Assembly: GCA_026770705.1 (NCBI GenBank)
Contig: JANJGN010000024.1
Coordinates: forward strand, 28,272,001-28,336,000
From: Isurus oxyrinchus
Taxonomy: Eukaryota
Reading direction: 5' to 3'
Length of the DNA stretch: 64,000 nucleotides
Shown here: positions 37,985 to 51,247 of the stretch, one piece after another
How the letters are laid out: each line of letters begins with the position of its first letter
Position numbering within the stretch: the stretch's first letter is position 1
The notes under the pieces: model-generated
The model's input: only the letters and a program-made list of their open reading frames with translations
What the model was told of the DNA's origin: nothing
Databases searched by the model: none
Translations under genes and position numbers: made by a program

Positions 37985-38390
37985 GTCGCGAGACGCTTCA
38001 CAGCCAATGAAGTACTTCTGAAGTGTGGTAACCTTTGTAATGTAGGAACTGTGGTAGCCAATTTGCGCACAGCAAGCTTTCACAAACAGCAATGTGATAA
38101 TGACCAGCCAATTTGATTCTGTGATGTAGATTAAGGGATAGGCATTTGCCAGCGCATCAGGGATAACTCTCCTACTCTTCCTTGAAATACTGACACAGGA
38201 GTTTTTACATCCATCTGAGAGAGCTGTCAGGGCTTCAATTCAACTTCTCCCTCAAAACATAGCAACTTCGACAGTGCAGCACTCCCTCAGTGCTGCGTGG
38301 AAGCGCCAGCCTCGATTTTTGTGCTCAATTCTTCAAGAAGGACCTGAATCCAGAATCTGACTCAGAGGGGAGAGTGTCATCAACTGATGG
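37985..38390 (-). mobile_element. Deu-domain tRNA-derived SINE (SacSINE1/AmnSINE1-like)
   Basis: Minus strand gcactgagggagtgctgcactgtcg...gatgtaaaa...gctgtgcgcaaattggct...gtacttcattggctgt resembles the Deu domain and tail. Confidence 0.75.
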
Positions 38391-40069
38391 CTAAAATGAT
38401 AAAAAAAAAACTTATTTCAAAGAACGTGGCAGCATAAGGTATGGTAATAATGTTAGACAAAGTAATGATGGGTACTTTATTCTACTAGACCTAATAGAGG
38501 AAAAAAACTTATCTTTAAAGCTCAGTGATTTCAGCAAAAAATTGTAGTAGCCTTTTTTGCACTAAGAGGATATCCCCATTATCTCCCCCACTCGGGTGAC
38601 ATCCCCTGCGTCAAGTTACAAACCTCAGCCAAAAATTCCCATTTCCACAAAGAAAAAAAAGTTAGGGCAAGTAACTCCAAGAAGCCAGATATAAAGCTAC
38701 ACCCTTTGTTTTTAAAAAAAACGATGCATGTTTGTTCTGATCCCAATATGCAGTGCAATGGCATAGTTGGAAGAGTGTTATATAAGCACCATAACAAGGT
38801 TGAAAACTTTCTGCTACGGGTTCAAAACCTAATTGCCTCACAGTTCTAACTATCTTGAAACTTCACGTTTTTCACAGCCTGTCCAGCTGGTGATTACTAT
38901 TGATTTTAATAAAAACTACAAAGAAATATAGTGTTCGAGGATATTTTCATATCACCAGTCTGGGTTAGATTCAAAAGCAGGTTTCAGAAATAGCCTCCTC
39001 TGCCATCCAAAAGCATGAGTGTAATGTTTCAATTCCAAGCATGATGTGTTTTCATTACGATTGAGAAATAAAATTAATAAAAAATACAAAAGCTAAAGAA
39101 AATGGTTAAAAAAAGACAGAAAGGTGCTTGGGTGTAACTGAGAACACACCAGAGACCAGAAAGTGGGTGTTGAAGCTCATGTACAAAACTGACTGTACCA
39201 CAGACACAAACAAAGTAAAATATAACTGGCTAGGCTTAATGAAAATAATTTCCTTAGACACTCCCAGATGCTCTGCACCTTTAATTTCACAGCCACTTAA
39301 TTCCACAAATGTTAATTCTACCTTTTCTATGCTTCTAATCTTCACAATTGTTGACCAATGCCCCATGACAAAACACTGAAATTAGAAAAAAAGACTCCAA
39401 TGACATGAACATAATTATAAATAAAATGAAGGTTTTATATTAATCGGAAAAATGATGAGAAATTAAATTGAAAACAGCGTCTGCTGATCCGTAAAGACAG
39501 GACCATTATTAATCTCCTAAATTCTTCACAGCCATTCAGTCTTTCAGAATTGCTATCATACTGATTAAGTTAGCTTCAAACCACAAATTTGTTCTGAAAA
39601 CACAATGATGGGCTTTATTAACTTCTGAATTCCAAGTAAATTTACTGTGTTTTCAAGTATTCACTATATGGAGCATGAATATGAGCATGGGATTATTCCA
39701 GTGTTCTCACGCCTGCACTAGCACTCGGAGCACTACATAGACCCAGCAACCATTAGATTGATTCTGGCAGCTGAGACCCATCTTCGGTGAATTTGAGAAA
39801 TATCTTTTATTTGTTGATGAGTGCATACAGCAAGGGCTACTGGAAAGCTGCTGCCTGCAGTCTACTCAAATGATTCTCTTTATTGGAAGATTTTGGAAAT
39901 AAAGTTCGAAACAGGTTGCTGTAACAGGGCTGAAGTATTGAGAGGAATAACAGTTAGTTGCACTCAGCAAGGTATGAACTACCTGCTGACCACCTGAATT
40001 CACCTGAAATAGCCAGCAAATTGAGTGAACTGTAAATGGTGACTTTGCCATTTCATTCGTTTTCATTTT

Positions 40070-40285
40070 GACACATCTGTTTGTTATGATCTGGAATTCA
40101 CTGCCTGCAAAGTCATTGGAAGCAGATTCAATAGTAAATTTCAAAAGCAAATTGATGTATACTTGAAAAGGAAAAATTGAAAGACCATGGTGAAAATTGT
40201 GGGACTAATTGCATTGCTTTTTCAAAGAGCTGGCACAGGCATAATGGGCGGGTAGCATCCTTCTACGCCATATGCTTCTATAAGT
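40070..40285 (+). mobile_element. CR1 3' tail fragment
   Basis: tggaattcactgcctg...gagctggcacaggcataatgggc. Confidence 0.6.
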
Positions 40286-40830
40286 CTTGTGATGTAGTCA
40301 CCAGAAAAGCTAGCACTTACAGCCTATCTCTAGTTGCCCTTAATGTAATGACGTTCAACTGCCTTTTAGAAGTTGCTCCCACAAGGCTGTTACATAGTGA
40401 GTCCCATGATGTTCACGCAGGGTGAATGAAGGAACCGAGATACACATCCCAAGTCAGGATGATATGTGACTTGGAGGGGAAGTTGAGCTGATGATATTCG
40501 CATGCACCTTTCTAGATGGTGGAGAGTTCAGGAGGTGCTGCCAAAGAAGCCTTGGACAGTTACAGCAGCGGCTGTACCTGGAACATACTGGTGCCACTGT
40601 ATGCCAGTTGTAGAGGGAATGGATGGTAAAGCTTGTTGATAGGTTATTGATCAACTGGACTGATTTGCCCTGGATTGTGTCAAGCTTCTTGAGCACTGTT
40701 AGAGTTGTAAGTGGAGAGTATTCCATTACACCCCTGATTTGTGCCTTGTTGGTGATGGAGAGGCTTTGCAGAGTTGGGAAGTGAGCTACTTATCAAAGAA
40801 TATTCAGCCTCCGACTTATTTGGTAGCTGA
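40285..40830 (-). mobile_element. LINE A 3' end, decayed
   Basis: MEYSPL..LTVLKKLDTIQGK on the minus strand. Confidence 0.75.
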
Positions 40831-40849
40831 GCTACTTACATAGCAAATT

Positions 40850-43800
40850 CAATGATGCTCTGGGGACCCGTGTTCAAATCCCACCACGGCAGATGGTGGA
40901 ATTTGAATTCAATAAAAAATCTGGAATTAAAAATCTAATGAAACCATTGTAGAAAAACCCACCTTTAGAGAAGGAAATCTACTGTACATATGACACAAGA
41001 TCCAAGCAATGTGGTTGACTCTTAAATGGCCGAGCAAACTCAATTATAACGAACCGTTACAAAGTCTACAATGGGTGAAACAAGATAGATCACTTGGCAT
41101 CGAGTTAGGCACCAGAAACAACAACTGCAAACTCAGCTCTAATTGGCCCTGAAAAGTCCTCCTAACTAGCTTATTGGGGCACAATTGGGAGAGCTGCCCC
41201 AATGGGGACAACAGCCTGACATAGTCATACTCATGGAATTGTACTTTACAGATAATGTCCCAGACATCACCATCATCATCCCTGGGAATGTCCTGTTCCA
41301 CTGGCAGGACAGACCCACAAAGGTAGTGATATAATGGTATACAGTTGGGAGGGAGTTGCCCTGGGAATCCTCAATATTGACTCCAGATCCCATGAAGTTT
41401 CATGGCATCAGGTCAAACATGGACAAGGAAACTTCCTGCTGATAACCAAGTACCATTCCCTGTTAGCTCGTGAGCCAGTACTCCTCTATGTTGAACATCA
41501 CTTGGAGGAAGCGCTGAGATTGGCAAGGGCGCAGAATGTATTCTGTGGGGGGGGGGGGGGCGAACTTCAATGTCCATCTCCAAATGTGACTGGGTACCAC
41601 CACTGACCGAGCTGGCCGAGTCCTAAAGGACATAGCTGCTGGACTGGGTCTGTGGCAGGTGGTGAGGGAAAAACATACCTGACCTCATCCTCAGCAACCT
41701 GCCTGCCGCAGACGCATCTGTTCATGACAGCATCGGTAGGAGTGACCACCGCACAGTTCTTGCGGAGACAAAGTCCCATCTTCACATTGAGGATACCCTT
41801 CATCATGTTTTGGCATTACCACTGTGCTAAACGGGATAGATTTCGAACAGATCTAGCAACTCAAGACTGGACATCCATAAAGCGCTGTGGGCCATCACAG
41901 CAGCAGAATTATACTCAACCACATGGCCCGGCATATTCCCCAACTCTAACATTGCCACTAAGTCAGGGGATCAACCCTGGTTCAATGAGGAATGCAGGAG
42001 GGATTGCCAGGAGCAGCACCAGGCATACCTAAAAATGAGGTGTCAATCTGGTGAAGCTATAACACAGAAGCCAAACAGTGTAAGCAGCAAGTGATAGACA
42101 GAGCTAAGCGATTTCACAACCAACAGATCAGATCTAAGCTCGGCAGTCCTGCCACATCCAGTTGTGAATGGTGTGGACAATCAAACAACTCATTGGAGGA
42201 GGAGGCTCCACAAATATCCCCATCCTCAATGATGGAGGAGCCCAGCACATCAGTGTAAAAGATAAGGCTGAAACATTTACTACAATCTTCAGCCAGAAGT
42301 GCCGAGTGGATGATCCATCTCGGCTTCCTCCGGAGGTCCCCTGCATCACAGATGCCAGTCTCCAGCCAATTCAATTCACTCCACATGATATCAAAATACG
42401 GTTGAAGGCAAAGGCTATGGGCCCTGACAATGTTCCAGCAATTGTACTGTAGCCTTGTACTCCATAACTGGCCATGCCCCTAGCCAAGTTGTTCCAATAT
42501 AACCACAACATTGTCATCTACCTGGCAAAGTAGAAAATTGTCCAGGTGTGTCCTGTACACAAAAGGCAGGACAAATCCAACCAACCAATTATCACCCCAT
42601 CAGTCTATTCTCCATCATCAGTAAACTGATAGAAGGGGTCATCAACAGTGCTATCAAGTGGCACTTGCTTAGCAATAACCTGCTTACTGACACTCAATTT
42701 GGGTTTTGCCAGGGCCACTCAGCTCCTGACCTCATTACAGCCTTAGTTCAAACATGCACAGGAAAGCTGAACTCCAGAGGTGAGGTGAGAGTTACTGCCC
42801 TTGACATCAAGGCAGCATTTGACCAAGTGTGGCATCAAGGAACCCAAGCAAAACTGGAGTCAATAGGAATCAGACGGAAAAAATCTCCTCTGGTTAGAGT
42901 CATGCCTAACACAAAGGAAGATGGTTGTGGTTGTGGGAGGTCAATCATCTCAGTTCCAGGACATCACTGCAGGAGCTCCTCTGGGTAGTATCCTAGGCCC
43001 AACCATCTTCAGCTGCTTCATTCAATGACCTTCCTCCATCATAAGATCAGAAGTGAGGATGTTTGCTGATTATTGCACAATGTTCACCACCATTCACAAT
43101 TCCTCAGATACTGAAGCAGTCCATTTCCATATGCAGCAAGACCTAGGCAACATCCATGTTTGGGCTGACAAGTAGCAAGCAACATTCATGCCACACAAAT
43201 GCCAGGCAATAATCATCTCCAATAAGAAAGAATTTAAACATTGACCCTTGACATTCAATGGCATTACCATCGTTGAATATCCCGCTCTCAACATCCTGGG
43301 GGTCACCGTTGACCAAAAACTGAGCTAGGCTAACTATACAAATACTGTGGGTACAAGAGCAGGTCAGAGGCTAGGAATCATGTGGCAAATAACTCAATTT
43401 CTGACTCCCCAAAGTCTGTCCACCATCTACAAGTCACAAGTCAAGAGAGTGATGGAATACTCCCTACCTACCTGGATGAGTGCAGCTCCAACAACACTCA
43501 AGAAGCTCAAAACCATTCAGGACAAAGCAGCCCACTTAATTGGCACCCCATCCACAAACATTCACTTGCTCCATTGCTGACGCACAGTGGGAGCAGTGTG
43601 TGCCATCTACAAAATGCACTGTAGGAATTCACCAAGGCTCCTTATACAGCACCTTTCAAACCCAAGACCACTACCATCTAGAAGGATGCAGCAGATGCAT
43701 GGGAAGACCACCATCTGGAAGTTCCCCTCAAAGCCACTCACCATCCTGACTTGGAAAGATATCATTTTTCCTTCACTGTTGGTCAGTCAAAATCCTGGAA

Positions 43801-43940
43801 CCCCCTCCGTCACAGCACTGTGGGTGTACTTACACCACATGGACTGCAGTGGTTCAAGGAGGCGGCTCACAATCACCTTCTCAAGTGTAATTAGGGATGG
43901 CCAATTAATGCTGGCCTCACCTTGAATGAATAAAAAAAAG
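40850..43940 (+). mobile_element. Near full-length LINE A (APE endonuclease + RT), frameshifted
   Basis: QPDIVILME, G.FNVH and SDH (APE). KAMGPDNVP, NYHPISL, QFGF, ALDIKAAFDQVWH, LGPTIF, MFAD (RT). Tail tgaatgaataaaaaaa. Confidence 0.9.
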
Positions 43941-44843
43941 AATGCTGTTTTCTGTCCATTCTTGGACTGAAGCTATACCGAGGTCTGAAACTGAATCATC
44001 TGAAGGGACTCAAACTGAGCATCAGTGAGCAAGTAATTGTCAATTATGGTAATGGGGAATACATCTGGTTTAAAAATGGACACTTTAAATGATGGATGGG
44101 TGGTGTACATTATTTCTAAAGCAATATTAATAAATTGAAAAGGAATGCAGTTTCAAACTGATCTCTGACATCAGATGAATGTTGACATTTTACTTTATCA
44201 AAGCCAGATTATATAATTAGTACTTAGTAACTGGATAGAAAGACACATGGAGTGGCGGGGGTGAGGGGGGGGTGGGGGGGTGAAGGTGGGGGAAATGTAG
44301 GAAACCCTGCAGTCATCTCCTGTATACTGTTCTAAATAAATCTGTGTTGAAACTGCTTCTTCCAGTTTAATAAACCAATTAATTTTTCTTTTGAAAAGCA
44401 AATGAAGATTACTATCCACATTATAAAAGGTTAAACTTCGTGCAATTATCAAATTTTGGAGAATAGATTTACCTTTAAATGGTAATAATTTAGTCATGTT
44501 GGAATTATTTGACATTTACCACTGTGGATTGACGTGATATGTTGCCAGGAAACTGCAACCAACTTACGACTTTGTTCAAATCTAAATTGCTGCAGAAAAG
44601 CACTTTAAATCTCCCAAGAATTGGAGCAGTATCTGCACCGAAAGCTAAAATTAATTGAACGCTAACTTCATGCTTATTCAAGGAATATCTTTGCAAAACA
44701 TAAAAATTGCGTTGTGCGTGGCAATTTTCTGGCATCTGATAGAAAATGTTGAAACGTGTTATTTTTGAAAATCTGTAGATTTTGTGTAGATTAAATGGAT
44801 GAATGAAATTGTTGAGGCACAAAATGAACCGAACAGGAATGAC

Positions 44844-45910
44844 GGGCAGAATTTTGCCATCCCAGGTGTAGGCAAGGGAGGAGGTGAGGAGGGGGGGTTA
44901 ATGAAACAGTGGGGAGCTGTATCAGGACGGCTCCTCGATGTAGTCCTGCCACTGGGGAAGTTTTGTAGTAGCAAATGTGAGGTGGTTTGAGTGCTTGGAG
45001 TCAGGCAGCCAATTTGCATAATTAAAGACCATTTTACGTGGCTGCTGGCATTTTGCCCATGGCAGCGCAGCCCTCCTACTGCATAGGGAGACCACCAGCT
45101 TCAAGAAGGTCAGCTTCCCCGAGGCAGCTCAGCACGTCGTCGGAGCCAGAGGCTCCTTGGCTCAAAAAGGGGGCCATGGACGGGGGAGACAATCCCCTCA
45201 ACGCCTTGGGGCAGCAAAGGTTGAGAGGGAACCTGATAGAGGTGTATAAGATAATGAGAGGCATAGATTGGGTGGATACGAAGGCACTTTTTCCATTAGT
45301 AGAGGGGTCAATAATCAGGGGATATAGGTTTAGGTAGAAGGTTAAGACGGGAGTTTAGGAGAAATGTTTTCACCCAGAGGGTGGTTGGAGTCTGGAACTC
45401 ACTGCCTGAAAGGGTGGTTGAGTCAGAAATTCTCATAACATTTAAGAAGTATTTAGATATCCACTTGCATGGCCATAGCCTCCAGGGCTATGGTCCATGC
45501 GCTGGAAAATGGGGTTAGTGTTGTTACATCTTTGTTGACTGGCGTGGACATGATGGGCCAAATGGCCTCCTTCTGTGCTGTAAACATCTAATGTCTAATA
45601 ATTTCACCAGCGGGGTTTCCACACCGAACCTCAGGCCCCTGAATTTTTAATTTTAATTTACTTACCTGGAGGCGCCCTGAAATTTCCGGCCTATCTCAGC
45701 AATGCTACCTCTCCGGGAGGCGCTGTGGTGAAGCTGCAGAGAGGCCAGCCCCCTGATTGCACCGGCAGCACTGGGAATCCATCTGCCACCCCAACCTGAA
45801 TGGCCACCCTGCAAGCGGCATCTGCAGTAAAATCGCTGAGCCAGTCGCACTGCTGGCAAGTGCAGGCTGGGAAATGCTTTCTGTCCTGTAGCCTATGCTG
45901 AAACTCAGCT
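44844..45910. mobile_element. Harbinger-type MITE containing a CR1 3' fragment (about 45205-45595, plus strand)
   Basis: Left TIR gggcagaatttt. Nested RLRGNLIEVYKIMRG...RG CR1 piece. Right end uncertain. Confidence 0.55.
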
Positions 45911-46705
45911 CAACGCTTCTAAGTAAGTGCTGATAAGTTACTCCAACTGAACGGCTTTAAAATTGGTCTCAACCTGCACAGCAACATGACTAAAACAATA
46001 CACAGGAAACATCCAAGGGCTCAAGTCCTTGTAATAACAGAAAAGAAAAAAAATGAGAAGTGATTGTGTCCAATCACCCAAAACACATTTTCCTCTTTTC
46101 TTTTATTAAGGGTCTACTCCTGGATAAATCAGAAGCAATCCAATTCCTTCTGGAAAGCTTCAGGCGAGTCAGCGGAGACTGCAACAGGCTGGCTATCTAT
46201 TTAACAAATTGATAACTCAAAGTATTTTTAAAATTGGATTAAGTGATTATTTTAGCTTTTAGCTACTCTAAGTTTAAGTTATGCTCTGCTCCACCAGCAT
46301 CCCACCCTGCACACACTTGCCTGCCCAGTAAGAACAGATTTATCTCCTCAACTTTCAAACCCATTTATTTCCTGGAATTATACTAGTAATTGAAGGTTTT
46401 TTTTGCCTGCCATTGAAAAATAGTTTCATTTTCTGTATTTGATGGACATAGCTATTAATTGTACATTAATTGTGTCTGGTTGTGTTTCAGTGGGCAGCAT
46501 TAACTGGGGATTCATTTGTGCTCTTATAAATAGGAACAGAATGAAACTGTTGCTGCTGGGTTAGGAGGTGCATGTTTGTAACGTGTATCTCTGCAAATAA
46601 AGCTGAAAAAAAATGTGTAAAGATTTGGTCCAGTTCTTTCCTTCACCACATGTTAATTTTAACAATAAATGGCTGTGGTAATTGCTGGGATCGCAGAAAA
46701 ATGAT

Positions 46706-47425
46706 AGGCTGGATTTTCCATTCTGGGACTAAGTCCCGTGGCGGGTGCAGGAACAGGGAGAGTTTCCCACCGCGCAGGCTGGTGGGAATTTGTGCTGTAT
46801 TGCGCAACACTGACCTAATTAATTATGCAGTCAGGGGTTTTCCAATGTTTTGCACAGCAGGGTGAGCTGGATAGCTAGCCATCATGTCCGGCCCCATATT
46901 TAAAAAGTGCCTGGCATTAGCTTACCCACCGCTGAAGGAGAAGATCCACCCTTTGGAAGATGCTGCAGATAAAGGGCCCACTTCCTGGAAGGTCCTGAGG
47001 TTAGAAGGTGTATGTCGTAGATGTTTCACCCACCCACTGCTGCACATGTGTGCTCCATAATCCACGGTTGCTGCAGGCCTCCATCTTCCCTATTGATCTC
47101 CGTGAGCTGCCCTGGGCCTCCTTGCAGGTAAGTCCGACATGTGCACGCCCGCGTTGGTTTGGATGTGTTCCAGGCTGGTGTGATATCCCACTAGTGAGGT
47201 GGATGATTGGGCAGGGGGGCGGAATGATTCCAGTCTGGCCTTCATCTGCAACCCATCAACGGGATGCAAAATGGTTTCACATTGGCCTCTGGCCAGAATG
47301 GTGGCCCCCTACGATGGGCAGGGACCCACGTTCCAGCCGTCATTTGACGTCGGCGGGAAACTGATTTTTCAACACCCCCCGCCCTGCATTAAACCTGCCG
47401 TGCGGGGGACTGGAAAGTTCCACCC
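46706..47425. mobile_element. Harbinger-type MITE
   Basis: aggctggattttcca / tggaaagttccaccc. Confidence 0.6.
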
Positions 47426-48279
47426 TGTGACTTGTGCTGTAACTCCACGATCATAGCACCCGACTCCAAAACATCGAGTCCTCGGAGACTGCAAAATCGT
47501 CAGCTTATGTTGTAGCATTTGGGCTTCTGATGCAAGAAAGATTTTCTCTTTGTAAATAGTTTGTTAGAAAAAGTTCTCAGTACAAAATTTCAACTTGAAG
47601 ATTCCGACTCCTAATTTATATGGCCTTCAGACCACAAGTTAAATTTATATACCTTTCTACTTAGAAGGGTAGAGTTGAAGAAATTAACTATATCCAGCTT
47701 GTTAATTACTTTCTGACAGTTTAACAAGATGGCAACATTAGGAAAGGAATGACTGTCTCGTTCAGACATCCAGTTTGAAGCCAGCTAGCTGCACAGTGAA
47801 GCTCTTTTCACTTAATTCTAATAACACGCCTTATTCCAAAATTCAGAAGACCTAACCCAGTACTTCTCCCACCCCCACTTTTCCCATTGTGGCTTCTCTG
47901 AATGAACTATTTAATGTGGGTAGTTCAGAATTATAAAGGTTTTGTGCATGCAAACGTGAGACTATTAAGAACTGGACTGAAGCTGTTAACACTCATTTCA
48001 GTCAGGACCCTTACAGCTTGCTGACAGATTAGGCTTTCATCCTGTAAGTGTGGGCTGAATTCAAATCCTGGCCCCAGAATAAAAAGGTCAAAATCCTTAC
48101 TCATTGTTCCATTAAATCCCTCATTTCACCTGAATAAAAAAATTATAGTGCATTTGAGCCAGAATAATAAATCGAAAATGCATCAGAGAAAGGGTAACTG
48201 AGGAAATGAAGCACATGGACCATTTAATTCAGCATCTCATAGGTCTACGAGTCAGCTACCAGATAGGGGATTTGGGTTT

Positions 48280-48770
48280 TTCTTTCATTTGTTCATGGGA
48301 TGTGGATGCCATTAGTAAAGCCACTATTCATTGACCATCCTTAAATGTGTTTGAAAAGGTAGGTTGTGAGTTGCCTTCTTGAACCACCACAGTCCATGTT
48401 AATTTCCAATGGTTATTTAGAAATGAGGACCGAAACCAAGATGGACCCCTTCAGCCAGAGTTTTATAGTTTAAAACTCTCCATCGACCGAGCTAGTCTCA
48501 GCTATTATCCCTTTTTATCCAACAAATGGGTATTTAGTTAAAAAACCTAATAATTAGCAATTGAACTTATTTAACTGTTCCCTTCCCTGACAGTCCCTAA
48601 GGACAAGGTACTCCCACATTGCTATTAGTTAGGGAGCACCAGGATTTTCAACCAGTGACAGTGGTGGAACAGCAATATATTTCCATTTAAGGGAACTTGT
48701 AAGTTGTGCTGTTCCCGTGCACCAGCTGCCCTTGTTCTTCTGGGTGATCGAGGTTACAGGTTTGGGAATT
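48280..48770 (-). mobile_element. LINE A tail fragments
   Basis: ttcatgggatgtgg...ttcttgaacc and ccaggatttt..ccagtgacagtg match 2400-2700. Confidence 0.6.
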
Positions 48771-51247
48771 AATTTGGGGATTTAATGGTAAAATGTATGC
48801 AACCATTTCCAGCCAACAATCTCATGGAATCCAAATCAAAATAGCATCAATATATAAGCAACTTCAGATTAACCTTGCATCTCATTCTTCCAACTACAGA
48901 AGAACAGCAATGATGATCAGCTCGGAAATGATTCCAACCAATAGCACAGATCTAGCCCAAATCTGTAGGATGTCTCAATAAATAGGAGTACTGGGGCATT
49001 AGCTCCATTTGAAGCAATTATTTATTACCACAAAACAGCTATAGAGTTGAAGATTTTAAAGCCATTCGTCTTCAATGTATCATTATTATTGATATATATT
49101 TTGCAGCCAGCAATGAATGAATACCACCTGCATTTTCACTTGCTCACTGACTTTCTATTGGCTTTTGCAATGAACTTGCACTGATTAGAAATTCATTTCA
49201 GCATAACTCACTTTACAGAGGATTTGTGACTTATGTGAACAAGGCATACAACCGTGCATCTCCTTAGCTATCAATCAGATTGGAGCATTCTTAATGAGGT
49301 GCAGAGAATCTGAACTGATAGCTAATTCAATGCCAAACCATGTAGAGGGAAAGAAAGATGGGATTAAGAGGAAGGGAAAAAAGAAACAAAGAGAAAATTG
49401 AAAGTATAACTTTTTAAGAAGATCTCTATTAATCAAATCCTCCAGGAATGAAACGTCACACTTTTAAAAGTTTACATTCTGGGCCACAGAAGTTGTTCTG
49501 CAGTAATTATGACTGAATGCGTGATTAAAGGTTTATTGACACTGCAATGGACAAAGCCTAACTTTTTTTTAAGCAAGTTTAGTTGGTATTTATCACATAC
49601 ATTATCACACATTCTACACATTTCAATGCCATGTGTCTCAGTAAGATATAGGTATAGTGAATTTTCTGAAGGACTAGGACACCTTGGAGAGCAACTTCCT
49701 GATTTCCACATTTAACTGAGCATGTGCGGGTGTTGCCAAAAGCTGCTTTCTGATTTGCTATTTAATAGCGGTGAGCACTGTTGCCTCACCATTATTATTC
49801 CCACAATATTCTTTACTTAAACATCAACAAGGCCAAAAATAAACCCTCCACCCAGAGTTCAAGTCATTGTGCAAAGGAATCATTTATGTGTCATCTATTA
49901 CCATTTTTAAAATACTAACTCATTGAGAACAGAGATATTTGGTGGGCAAGCAATGACGTCTTTAAAAGATTATAGAATTAGCAGGCATTGTATTGTAAAC
50001 CCTCAGCAGAAGGTTGTATGCTTTCTGTTTCTGTTCTTCTTCAGGAAAAACATTCACAGCAGCCAGGGACTGAAGCAAAACAAAGATGTACACATTCCAG
50101 AACTGATAGCAGGGAGTCTACTGGTGCCTTATGAACCTTTTTTCCATACAAGTGTTTGTTAAGGGCTAGCAAATGACTCTCAGCATGAGGTAAACTAAAA
50201 AGTGACCTTGAGCTGAGTAATGGACACGGAGGAGGTGATCACCTGACATCCTGGGTACCTGTCCTGTATTCATTGGTTAGAAAGGTTCAACCAAGTGATC
50301 GATATAAGGTAAACGACCAGTCCCTAGGCATGAAGTATATTAACGAGTGCTCAGAAACAGATAGCAGTCCTCGTCAGGTGTTGTTCAGATGGAAGATGGG
50401 CCAGGAAAGAGCAAGGATGGCAGGGGAAGAGTTCCCTAACACTTTGGCAAGAAAGCAGAATGCCACATCACAAGCTGCTGAGATCAACATACTTTATGCC
50501 AGCCACCCATTCTTCCTCTAGGATTAGTGAATTATTCTCCACGGTCATGGGTCATATACATTTCCTGTCAATTTAGCTTGAGCATTATACCTAAACTGTT
50601 GTGTCTTAATAAATTTAATAAGCTACTTAAAATTACTTGCAAATTCTCAACTGCCTCTTTTAGGTATCTGTGGCTCCTGAACCCAAAATCTTACAGGTAG
50701 AATGCTTGACTCTAAACATACTGTTGAATACACAGTTACAGTTTCCTTTAAGAGTATGGTGATATCATTATAAGTAGTGTGCTCTCTCAATCTTCACTAT
50801 TCATGTTTGCAACTAAATACATTCTCCATAGGCACCGTTTCTACTTTCAGAAAAATACTTCCTTTTAATGTGCTGTGAAGAGTTATAGTTCAGCAGACAA
50901 GTAAGAATGATCCACTTATTTGGCACTAGAGTTTGCACAGGCTACCCACTATGCATTCCAGCTTCCTCTGAAAGATATCATGGTACCAGATGATGCTGTT
51001 TGTTCATTTTAAAACTGATAATTAGTTTTATTTATAAGGTTTAAGCTTACAGAGTTATGAAAGGGTTACAGCAGAAAAATTAGCACTACAGCTACTTAAC
51101 ACTGAAACTATCTCAAGTATCAAGTATGCAAAACCCAAAGTCCTTTTCAAGATCATTTAATTGACTCATATGACCATAATTGGGTGTGCTATGCTCCATA
51201 AAGTTCCATTTCACCTCCACAACCAGGTGAACAGCCAATTCCACAAG

